DNA of 63,663 nucleotides, counting the filler, from Olpidium bornovanus S191 (Eukaryota; Fungi; Olpidiomycota), in NCBI GenBank assembly GCA_017911155.1. It is 29 parts of 29 records of this genome, joined end to end, with 100 filler letters (N's around TTAATTAATTAA, not from the genome) between each part and the next. Parts side by side here need not be neighbours in the genome. Positions count along the whole stretch, not along the records: positions 1 to 3,410 come from JAEFCI010009066.1; positions 3,511 to 6,100 come from JAEFCI010008255.1; positions 6,201 to 7,678 come from JAEFCI010013491.1; positions 7,779 to 9,756 come from JAEFCI010002112.1; positions 9,857 to 14,032 come from JAEFCI010002120.1; 24 more parts are not named here. One strand, 5' to 3'. A program made the position numbers and the translations under genes. Positions 1-10,240 of the stretch are shown here, in pieces. The notes under the pieces are model-generated. The model had not been told where the DNA came from. It saw only the letters and a program-made list of their open reading frames with translations, and did not search any database. Within the stretch, counting starts at the first letter, position 1. Each line of letters starts with the position of its first letter.

Positions 1-524
1 AGGGGGGGGGGGGGCCCCGGGGGGGGCCCCCCCCCCCCGGGGGGGGGGGGGGGGGAAGCAAGAAAAAGCCCACGATTTGCAAGAAGATAGGTTCCGCAAG
101 GAAGCAAAAGACCTCGTCAAGAGCAGGATGCCCGCCGCCAAAAGTGATGCGGCTTTAGCACACAAGCACGTTCTTGCACGCCTTTCGTTCTTTGCGCGTC
201 TTTCCGGGTTCACGGTTCTGCCCGGCCGGAAAGAAGAAACCAGTAGTGGGCGTTGCTACGTTCTGGACCGCGCGACTTGACATCAACGGCGCATAAACAA
301 GGCCACCGGCGGGCGCACGAGCCGTTATTACTGGCGCAAAGTTTGTCGTGACGTCAAGAACTTCATCGCGGCGCGCGAGATTTGTCAAAATAAAAAAACG
401 AAAAGGAAACGGTGGTTTTTTTTTGTCGTTTACTCGAGGCGTTTTCGCTCCATCTCTTATTGAAGCAGCAATCCAAAAAAACCTGTTTCCCCTTCCGGGA
501 CGGCAACTCCGCCTCTCCTAACAG

Positions 525-2857
525 CAGAGCTCAACCAAAACGAGCTGTTGAAAGCCGGGGCCGTGGAGACCTTGGTGCATAGGCTGAACCTGGAGTCGGC
601 GGAGGTGAAGCGGAGCTGCGTCCTGGCGCTCTCCTGCTGCGTCCGGCACGGTGAGAAAAGGCGAGCTCTCCCTTTCAGATCCTCGGGGAGAGTATTGAGA
701 AGCCGGGCGCTCTCCTTCTCTCTCTCTTTCTTCTCTTTTTTTTTTTTTTGTTGTTGTTGCGGCACGCAGTTTTTTGTCTGAACTTTCCCCACCCCCACCC
801 GTTTTACCCACCGCAAGCCAAAGTCAGGGCGAAGGTGAAGGGGACGGACTGCGTCGAGCAGGTCATCAAGCTCTGCGCCTCCCCGGATCAGATGACGGTT
901 GTAAACGCCGTGGAGTGTATCGCCAACCTCGCCGAGGATGGTAGGTGTGTCGTTGTGCCTGAAGCGCCCCGAGAGACGGTTTTTTGGAATGCGTCTTCTG
1001 ATTTTGTCCTTTTTTTGTTTTCGTATTTCGTTTTTCTTTTTTGCCCACCCCCCCCCCGCCCTCCCCGCCTTTTAATTTTTCTCTGAGATTGCTACAGCTG
1101 TTGCGAGGGCTGACATCGTTAGGCATTCCGGGGTCGAGGCCCTCATCGGGCTTCTAAAGTCGGACGACCTGCAAGTGCAAGGAGCGGCTGCGCTGGCGAC
1201 GTCCCGGTGCATGCAGGAACGTGCGTTCCCCCCCCCCCTTCTCCTCCTCCCCCAGCCCCAACGTCACGCAAAAATCTTGGTTTTTTCCAACTGTGGGGCG
1301 TAAAGTCCAAGTTTGGGAAAGATTTTGATCGCTTTTGGTGCCCCGACAGCCGAGGCGCGTACCAGGTTGAAAGACAGCGGGGGGCTACCGCACCTGATCC
1401 AACTCGTCAGGTCAAAAGACGCGGAGGTTACGAGAAACGCGTGCTGGGCTATATCCAATGCCATCGCCGCTGGTGAGTCCGGCTTGACCGGGGTTTTCCC
1501 CATATTGTTTTGTTTCAAAACGCAAGGAATGGTTTTCTGAAAGCCGGGCGGGGGATCGATAACGTGAAACGCGCGTTTTGGCTGTCGGTTACGGAACCAG
1601 AACCCGCCGCTGTCGAAGCGTGCCAGTGCGGCGCATTGGAGATTTTGATGGAGGCATCAAGAGAATCGAACAAAGCGGCGAAGTTTGCGGAGAACGCGCT
1701 GGACAAGCTTCTGGACTTCCGTGCGTGGTTCTCACCTTTTCTACCTCGGCTCCCCTTGAGATCTCCCCCTCTCCTCTTTTTTGCTTTGTTTGATCTTGGT
1801 TCCGCTGTCCACCGCCCACCTCCCTCTTTCCCCCACTTCCCCCCGCCCCTCCCGCTCCACGCCTTCCGGATCAGATATGCCCGCCAAGTACTGGTTGCAA
1901 AGCTACCTGTCGGCCGACAACTGGCTTGCAGACGGGTTTTTCGACGTGGGCTTCGCGGGGACGCACCCGGAAAGCATGGCGCGCGTGTTCCCGGTGCTGA
2001 AAGAGTTGGAGGCCCGGCCGGTGGACAAGAACAGGGAGATCATTCTCATCAGCGCGAGCCGGGACGAGGGCCTCGCGAAGCTGCTGGAGACGGCGAGGCA
2101 GGCGGTGGCCGAGGTGCACGCCGACTGCCGGAAGGCGGCGGCGGCCGCCGGCGCCCCTGGAGAGGGAGGCAGGCAGGGGCCCGCGCTTTCGGAACGGACA
2201 ACGGCAGAGGCGGTCGTGGCCCGCATCGCGGGGATCGTGGCGGGGGCAATGGGCGGGCCCGTGGAGGCGGGCAAGGTGAACGAGCTGGCGTACAAGTTCA
2301 GGGTCCAGGAAACCAAACTGCGCCGCGGCTCCAACGTCGTGCCGGTGTCCGAGCTGGCGCTCGGGACGTTCTACCACCGCGCGCTCCTGTTCAAGGTCCT
2401 CCTCGACCGGACCTGCAACGTGCTCCCTGTCCCGGTCCCGCCGCCGCAGCCGCCGCCGCCGCCGCAGCCGTCGTCGTCGCCGCCGCCGCCGCCGCAGCCG
2501 TCCGCCGCATCGCCGGCCGCTCCCGCGGTGCCCGCCGCGCCCCCGGCGGTCCCGCCGAACCCCGCTCCCGGGGCGGAACCGGCCGCTCCCGGGGCCGAGG
2601 CGGGGGCGCCCGGGCGGGCGGGCGCGGGGCTCCCGCCGGCGCCGGGGCCGGAAGAGAGGCGGGTCGGGGTCCCCGTGACGCTGCACCGGTCGGACTACGG
2701 GCGGGCGTGGAACACGGTGGCGCTCAAGGCGGCGCGGGAAACGGACGGCGCGTGGTCGGCGCAGGCCAGCACGTTCGTGGTGGACCTCATGTTCAAACCG
2801 GGCCGGTTGATGGACCCGCAGAGCACGGAGGCGGTAAACTACAGGCGACTGACATGA
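525..2857 (+). CDS. ARMC3: ARMC3-like protein (armadillo repeats plus C-terminal EDR1-type domain); multi-exon, probably 5' partial
   Basis: Short ARM-repeat exons (ELLKAGAVETLVHRL, GGLPHLIQLVRSKDAEVTRNACWAIS, CQCGALEIL) are bounded by GT..AG introns. The last exon carries ARMC3 C-terminal motifs PAKYWLQSYLS..DGFFDVG, SNVVPV..GTFYHRALLFKVLLDR, DYGRAWN and FVVDLMFKPGRLM..EAVNYRR. Stop at 2855-2857. Confidence 0.85.
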
Positions 2858-2978
2858 GAGAGGGGCCAGGCGGAAAAAAGGAGTTCTTTTTCTTTTTTTT
2901 TTTTTTCCCTTGTTTGTGGTCCACACCCGCCCGACTCCCCCCCTTCCCGGCCGAGGTGGTTTTGAAATGGGAGCAAGC

Positions 2979-3051
2979 GAGAAAGAGAGAGAGAGAGAGC
3001 GAGAGAGAGAAAGGAGCGGGTGAGAGAAAAGAGAGAGACAGAGAGAGACAG

Positions 3052-3096
<45 letters not shown>

Positions 3097-3188
3097 GGAG
3101 AGAAAGAGAGAGAGATTGAGAGAGAACGAGAGAGTGGGGCGGCGAGGAGGGAAGGGGGAAGGAAGGTGGAGGGCCTCTCTCTCGATCT

Positions 3189-3273
<85 letters not shown>

Positions 3274-3276
3274 CTC
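2979..3276. repeat. (GA)n tract followed by a complementary (TC)n tract
   Basis: GA-rich run at about 2979-3131 and TC run at about 3175-3276, read directly. Confidence 0.95.
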
Positions 3277-3612
3277 AGGGGCAGCAGGGATGGGGTGTGG
3301 GGGAGAATAAAATTTATGTGCGGCGGGGACGAGCTGACGTTCTCGAAGGCGGCACGGGAAAACAGGCGCGAAAGAAGGGGGAAAAAACGGCGGATTCACT
3401 TTTTTTTGGGNNNNNNNNNNNNNNNNNNNNNNNNNNNNNNNNNNNNNNNNNNNNTTAATTAATTAANNNNNNNNNNNNNNNNNNNNNNNNNNNNNNNNNN
3501 NNNNNNNNNNCAAAAAAAAAACCCACCAAGACGAATGAAATAATTACAAAAAAAAGAAACAAAACCAAGTAAAAAAAGGAAACGAGATTTGCTTTTTCGT
3601 TTTTATTTTCTT

Positions 3613-4400
3613 TCAGACTTCGACGTCCATGTCGTTTCCGGGGACGAAAGCCTCGTACTCCGAGTGGTGGACCCCGAAGCTGAAACTCGGAGACTGGCGG
3701 GGCTTCATCCGCAAACTCGGCGGGGAGTTCGCCGGCCCGGGGGCCCCGAGCCGGGGCTTTTTTCTTTTTTTTTTTTTTTTTTTTTTGCGCGTGTCGGGGA
3801 GAAAAAGCAAATGCGCGCGCGGATTTTTTTTTTGATTTGATTTCTTTCAGTTTCTCCTCTGTTCGAGCTCCACCTCGCCTTCCCCCCGGGCCCAATCCGA
3901 CGAGAAGAAAACAAGGTTTGTTTTTTAGGGGGAAGAAGACTAAAAGAAAAGAAATTGCGAAATCAAGGTGGGGGTAAAGAGATCCTTTTCGCACACACTT
4001 ACTGTCGCCGGTGGCCGGATCCTTGGTGATCCTGTAGCCCAGGGAATAAGCCGGGGCGCTCCTGAGTATCCTCTTGCTGGCGTCCGGCGTGTTGTACATC
4101 GCGGGGCCCGGGGAGTTGCTGACGACTGCGGGGAAAAAAGTGCGACCCGGGCGCGCATGCCCCCCGGCCCCGCCCGCCGCCGCCGCGCGCCCGCGCGTTT
4201 TTTTTTCCCCCGGCCGCGAGCGGGCGGGCGGCGGGAGGGGCACATGCGGGGGTTTTTTATTAGAAGTAGAAAAAAAAAAGAAAAAAAAAACGCGAACGCC
4301 GGCGCGTGGGTCCGGGGTGGGAGGGGGGGCGCGGGGGGACCGTGTTTTTCGTCACGCCAAAACGTCAGCGGAAGACTGGGCGAAAGTCGGGAGTGGGTTG

Positions 4401-4447
<47 letters not shown>

Positions 4448-5863
4448 CGCGGCGCGTGAGGGCGGAAGAGTGCGGGGGCGGCCGGCGCGCGCGACTTCCC
4501 GGCCTTCTCGATTTTTTTTTTTTCTCGTCCAAAAAACAACAAAACAAAAAAAAAATCGCGCGCGCGTATCCCCCCCACCTCCCCTTCTCCCGCCCCCTCT
4601 CCCACCTTCCCATCCTGGACAGCGCCTCCCCCCCCCGCAAAAACGCAAGAAAGAAAAACAAAAAAAAAATGACGGAGAAACGTGCCTTTGTACGTCCGCT
4701 GTCCCAAAATGCTTGTAGCCGGCGCGGAAGCACCGGTCAGCACCTTCGTGCCGACGGTGGTCCCGATGTTGTACTGCGCCGGGCCTGGGTTGTTGTCCTC
4801 TGCCGGGGGAGAGGGAGGCATCGTTTTCGAGGGGGATTAAGAGGGGGGAAAAAAGAGAGAGGAAAAAAAATCCCCCTGAAAACGAAAAGAAAAAACCACC
4901 GCACCCCTCCCGGCCTCTCTCTCGTCCGCGCCGCTCTTTCGGCCCGCACAAGAAGAGAAAAAAAGAAATAACAAAAACACAGAAAACGATAACGTACGCT
5001 TCGGAAGCGGGGTGCGACCCAGCATCGTGTAGATGGGGGCGCCGACCGGGGGATTTGCCACGGCATCCTTGATGTTGTACGCGGCCGGGCCGGGAGTGTC
5101 CGTCACGTTTCCTGGTGGCGAGGGAAAAAATAACCGAGTAAGAAAATTTTAGAAAACGGGGGCTTTCTCCTTCCCCCCCCCCACACACCTCCTCTTGCGA
5201 GCCCCAAACCTCCCCCCGACATTTTTCGGTTTTGCCTTTTATTTTTTTGCTTTTTCTTTTTTACCGTCGCGTCTAACGCTTCGGAAGCGGCCTTGGATAG
5301 AGAATGCCGGTCCGCCGCTGTGCCCGTTACGAGTCACCTTTGGATAGAAAGTCCCAGGCCCCGGGACGTTGGAAGTGTCTGGGCATTCGCACCCCAATCA
5401 TATCCCCGCGCACCCGCCACCCCCCGTAACGAGACGTAAAAATTGGTGGGATGATGTGAAACCCATATTTGCGAGAGGTTTGTATTTTCGGTTGTTTTTT
5501 TTCGGTATTGTCCGCGGGAAGTACAAAGCAAAAGTGGTGAAGCGGGGGAGGAAAGAATAAGACCGTTTAAAAACAGAAAGAGAAAAAAAATCGAGGCCCG
5601 GATCCCAAAAAAAAAAAAAAAAAAAAAAGGCTTCCCCATCCCCCGCGCCCCCACTCTTAGGGCACTAACTATCGTTCGACAGAATCCGGACGCCAAAAGT
5701 CCACGCGGGAGCCTTGTTCGGCACGTACGGTGTGGCGAACGTGCTCGGAACCGTGTAGGCGGCAGGGCCAGGACCTCTCCCCCGAAGGAGGACGCAAACG
5801 TACGTTTTTATTTTTTTTTTTTTTGCAAGTGTCACAAACTGTCAAAATACTTGTGCGCGCCAT
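3613..5863 (-). CDS. ODF3/SHIPPO-1-like sperm-tail PG-rich repeat protein (axonemal microtubule-associated), about 7 exons
   Basis: Exons carry repeated PGP(G/A)xY motifs: GPGPAAYTVP..APAWTFGVR, VPGPGTFYP..GPAFSIQGR, TPGPAAYNI..APIYTMLGR, NPGPAQYNI..APATSILGQR, SPGPAMYNT..APAYSLGYR and APGPANS..SPSFSFGVHHSEY. The last resembles the ODF3 C-terminal FGxxHSxY. The start ATG at 5863 is tentative. Confidence 0.85.
4403..4445. repeat. (GT)n microsatellite in an intron of the ODF3-like gene
   Basis: Perfect GT run read directly. Confidence 0.95.
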
Positions 5864-6200
5864 CCCCTTTCTTCGCGCGCAATGAGTAGGCAAAAAAATG
5901 GAAAAATCACGGAAAAAAAGCGACTTTCCCCCTCCGTTTCAGGAGAGAAAAACGTTTTCATTGGAATGCAAACATTGCCCCGTTAAGGCATTAGTTGTTG
6001 CTAAAACACCTCCGAGGGCGCGCGGAGGATAAGCCCAGGGTGCCGCGCGCGCGCGCGCGTGCGTGTGGGCGTGCGCGAGCGGGCGGGCGGGGCGGGCATG
6101 NNNNNNNNNNNNNNNNNNNNNNNNNNNNNNNNNNNNNNNNNNNNTTAATTAATTAANNNNNNNNNNNNNNNNNNNNNNNNNNNNNNNNNNNNNNNNNNNN

Positions 6201-7360
6201 CATGGTTTACGGATATGCAAGTCGGAAAGCCAACTCCTGCGCACGCGGTACCCAAATCAGCGAAACAGACAACTGCTGTGGTTCGTGACTTTCGACAAAA
6301 CGAGCAGTTGAAGGCAACGTGACAATACCCTTGATTACTTTCCCCGCCTTGTACACGTCTTTGCATTCTTCCTCGATGGCTTTGTCTCCCAGCAGGCAGA
6401 TGTCGATAATCCGTGCGCCGGCTTTGCAGGCGTCGATAACTTTAAGCAACGAGCCTGTGTGACACGGAAACACTCGGCATTCAGTGCGGTGCTAAGCAGA
6501 AACTGGCGTGGCGCTCGCGTCGCGGACTAGAGACACGTACGGTTGGCAATATCGGCTGCAGTTTTGTACTTAGTGACGACGTCTGGATTCTGCGGAGAGA
6601 GGTGCCAATGCTTAGCAAGGGCCGCTTAAGGAAGTTGTACACGGGTTCCCAGGACGTGTGGCGTCAGTCGAGCGCCTCGTTGTAACCTGAAAACCGCAGC
6701 GGGATGGTCGGCTTGCAGCCTAAATCGGAGTTGACCCCCGGCGCTACCAGGTTGCGAAAACATATCCCCGCTCCTTCCCCCCCTTTCCCCTTCCCCACTC
6801 TGTCCCCTGGCAACGGGGGCCGGTTGGGGCAGCGCGCTCGAGCAGGGGACGGGGTTGGGCGCTCGGCCGCGGCGCCGTCGCAGGGTCAACAGCGCGCTCG
6901 CCCCCGCCGACGGCCCGGGGCCACCGCGCGAACCGCCTAACGGCCGTTTTGGGCGCGCGCATGCAAAGCCCGGTTCGCAATCACGGCGTGCTCTGCGCGG
7001 CAGCTCGTCGGCGTCTCTTCGTCCGCGGGCCCGGCTGTCCGCCGCATTCTCCCTTCAGCCACCCGAAGCAGGCCGCGCTCGTGCCTAAACAGACTAGGCG
7101 GGCTCTGCAACCGTCGCGGCGACGGCGACGAGCCTCCCGGCCGCGGGCCTTATGGGGAGTGGGGGGAAGGGGGGGGGGGGGGGGGGGGGGACCCGGGGGG
7201 GGGGGGGGGGGGGGCGGGGGGGGGGGGGGGGGGGGGGGGGGGCGCGACAACCGGAGGAGGCAGCCGCGCAGACGCGCGGCGGCGTCACAACCCTTCGAAC
7301 CTTGATGGTGTTGTCGACGCCGTCGGCGGCGGCTCCTTCCTTGCCCTTGTCTTCAGCCAT
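6201..7360 (-). CDS. PA2G4: Proliferation-associated 2G4 / EBP1-like M24-fold protein (curved-DNA-binding protein); 3' partial
   Basis: The spliced reading MAEDKGKEGAAADGVDNTIK | NPDVVTKYKTAADIAN | LLKVIDACKAGARIIDICLLGDKAIEEECKDVYKAGKVIKG | AFPTCISVNH matches the PA2G4 N-terminus (VVTKYK..DIAN; GIAFPTSISVN). Confidence 0.9.
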
Positions 7361-7615
7361 TTTTTTCGTCCGCCAGCAAAAGAAAGCGCCCGCAGCTGCG
7401 GCGTGGTGGGGGTTTTTTTTTTTTTTTTTTTTTTTTTTTTCGCTTGTTTTGGATGCCGCGCGAACGGGCGGACGGACGGACGGACCCGCCGAGGCCGGCC
7501 GGTTGGCGTTTCGCGCCCGGGGAAAAAGCGCGGGCGCAGGTCACGTGACGCGCGCGCGCTGCAGAAGTCGGAGGAAATGCGATAAAAAAAAAAAAAAAAA
7601 ATGCAAAAACGAAAG

Positions 7616-7678
<63 letters not shown>

Positions 7679-7778
7679 NNNNNNNNNNNNNNNNNNNNNN
7701 NNNNNNNNNNNNNNNNNNNNNNTTAATTAATTAANNNNNNNNNNNNNNNNNNNNNNNNNNNNNNNNNNNNNNNNNNNN

Positions 7779-9103
7779 ACATGAGTTTGGAAGCGTACCA
7801 GTCGATTATTGACGAGACCCGGTCCCTGAAGGATGAAATTAGAGATTTGCTCCAGCAAGGACCAGTGGTGGCAGATCAGGCCCGCGAGAAGAAAGACCAC
7901 TCACGGCGACAGCTCCGGACGCAGGGGCTGCTCGGACGAGAACAAGCATCTACAGAATCCCGCCTTAACGCCGCTGCCAGGGGGCTTGAGATAGCGCTGG
8001 ATGAGAGTATGCCTGACGTCAATGGCCGTCGCGCAGAAATTGGTGCGTGGCGCCCGTTTCGATGCGGGCAGCGTCTTGTGAAACGCATTTTCTGCTCGCG
8101 GATGGGCATGGATAGCGGGATGGTTTTCGTTCTCTGTCTGATCGTCGATCGGTGCTTTGTCAAGCACAGGACGACAAAAGATTTTGGACCGCAGCAACTT
8201 AGCGGCACGCGAGGCCTCCCAAAACGATCTGGTGGCCGCAGCGACCGAACTGGAGGGCATCATCGAGAAATTTGCCGGCGAACATGGGGACATCACTTCC
8301 GGCCTCGCGCGCGCCGCGCGGTCGCAGCTGTCGCACATGGCCGAGGTGGTGGAAGCCATTTCCCGGCAGCACGTCGAGAAAAGCTTGGAGGAGTTTTCTC
8401 GGCGTGTCGAGGAGGCAAAGGAGATTGTCCGCAAACGCCGCCGTCTAAGCGGCGAACGGGACAACGAAATCAAGGCCGTGTGCGAGAGGTTCAGCAAGCA
8501 TCTCCAAGAGCAGCAGAGAGAATTCCAGAGGGCCCATTCCCTCGCTGTTCGACGGCTGGAGGAATCATTCATCGCACAGGGCGTCATGGTAAGTGGCCGT
8601 GTATAACCTATTGCGTACTGTTCTGTTTGTAGTTGGGGGGGGGGTCATCGCGCGGTGCACGGCAAAATCCAAGTGACCGGACCCTTACGAACCAGCTTGG
8701 AAACAGCCTCAGTAAAATCTCCGCCAAGCAGGAGAAGACACGGCAGGAGGTAGAAAACCAGCTGAGCGAACAGAGGAAAGCGATCGAGCTGGTGGCCGAG
8801 CGCGTGCGCCTGGACGCGGCAGAAAAGCTGGGGCGCGTGAGGGAAATCACGCGGCGCCTCGAAGACTTTGCGGAACTGGAGCGGAAGCGGTCCGAAGACG
8901 AGCGGCAGGAGATGAAAAAGACGGCGGAAGCGATCCTCGCGGAGGTCGCCAAGTTCTCCGAGTCGCAGGCGCGGCGGATCGACCGCTGTGTCGCGGCCGC
9001 GGCCGGTCGTCGGTCGCCTGCGCGCGAAAGGAAAACCGACGCGCCCGCCCGGCAGTCCGCCGGTTTGCCAAAAGGAACCGCTCGGCCGTTCGGACGAGGT
9101 TGA
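7779..9103 (+). CDS. Long coiled-coil protein fragment, probably a kinesin-5 (BimC/Cin8) neck and stalk; partial
   Basis: Three heptad-rich exons (ORFs 7781, 8157, 8633). The contig begins (T)AC ATG AGT TTG GAA GCG TAC = (Y)MSLEAY, resembling the GxYMSxxxY segment that follows the kinesin-5 motor domain. The motor domain itself is absent. Confidence 0.45.
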
Positions 9104-10170
9104 CCCAGACCGTCCGCCCGCCACCGTAAAAAAACAAAAAATAAAAAAAAATAAAAAAAAAACTTGACGCCGAACCAGACGTTGTCGATGCCACAAAGGT
9201 TGGCGAAGAATCAAAAGCATGTTGTTACTTTTTTGTACACCGGGCAATATTTTGGGACAGCCATGTTTTTTGAAGGGGTGGGAGGAGGGGGGGGGGATGT
9301 GGGGCGCGGCTCCTCGCCCGGCGAATTTTTATTTTCAGAGGCTTCGCGCCCCCTGAAAAGAAAACACGGGGGAATTGCGGGCGCCCCCGCAAGGAAATCC
9401 GCGGGGGGTGGGGCAAGCAGAATGCAAAAGGCCTCGGCCTGTGACCAAAGCAGGATAAATACAAGCAGGGATGCCCCGGCCGCCGGAAGTAATATATACT
9501 ATGCTATATACTACACACGGCGGGGGAGGGGGCGGGGTGGGTGCCGCGCGCGTGGGGGGGCCCCCCCTCGTGGGCATGTAAAAGTCGTCGTCGTCGCCCG
9601 CCCCCCCCCCCCCCCCCCCCGCCCCCCCCCTTCCCCTCTCTTTTTTTTTTTTCGGTGCCGCCGATCTCTTTTTTTTTTTGGTGTTTAAGCAGTTACGGAA
9701 GGTGGCGTTGTGCTGGGTCTGACCGTTGTTGCCCTATTAAAAGGTATGGAAGAAAGNNNNNNNNNNNNNNNNNNNNNNNNNNNNNNNNNNNNNNNNNNNN
9801 TTAATTAATTAANNNNNNNNNNNNNNNNNNNNNNNNNNNNNNNNNNNNNNNNNNNNACCATGGCACGGCTCCCGCGACTAAATCTATTTTTTTGACAGAC
9901 GTCGATTCAGCAGATTCAGACATAGATTCACACTACGAGATGGCAGACGAGTGTGTGCGCCTGATGCGGCGTGGAATCCCCAGGCAGCGCGCCAAGTCCA
10001 AAAGCGAGGCTGGACGAGTGACTGCGAGTCAGCATTGGTCAGCACGGGTTCAGCACGATACCACGCGTGCAAACGCGAAACGGCCCAAGAGCGGGCCCGT
10101 TACCTCGCAAATCGACACGGCATCACCCAGGCATAATGTGCCGACAGCGCTGTGCACGACCCGTGCGCCG

Positions 10171-10240
10171 CACATATCCCACATATCGCATACATTGCAT
10201 TTATCGCATATATCCCACATATCCAATATCTCCCATGTAT
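10171..10240. repeat. Degenerate 9-bp minisatellite (CACATATCC-like)
   Basis: The sequence cacatatcc-cacatatcg-catacattg-catttatcg-catatatcc-cacatatcc is visible; it reads HISHISH in ORF 9892..10341. Confidence 0.7.

Noticed and set aside
1510-3462. 650-aa ORF and similar long Arg/Gly/Pro-rich ORFs (e.g. 49570..50880, 57464..58723, 55990..56616)
   Set aside because: They are alternate-frame or antisense shadows of GC-rich genes, or run through introns, microsatellites and N-linkers, and carry no family motifs.
3455-3466. Regularly recurring TTAATTAATTAA as a CRISPR-like repeat, PacI-like site or homeobox element
   Set aside because: It is always centred in exactly 88 N and gives six-frame stops, so it is a synthetic spacer.
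525-5863. Apparent ciliary gene cluster (ARMC3 next to ODF3-like)
   Set aside because: Separated by the linker at 3411-3510; the adjacency is arbitrary.
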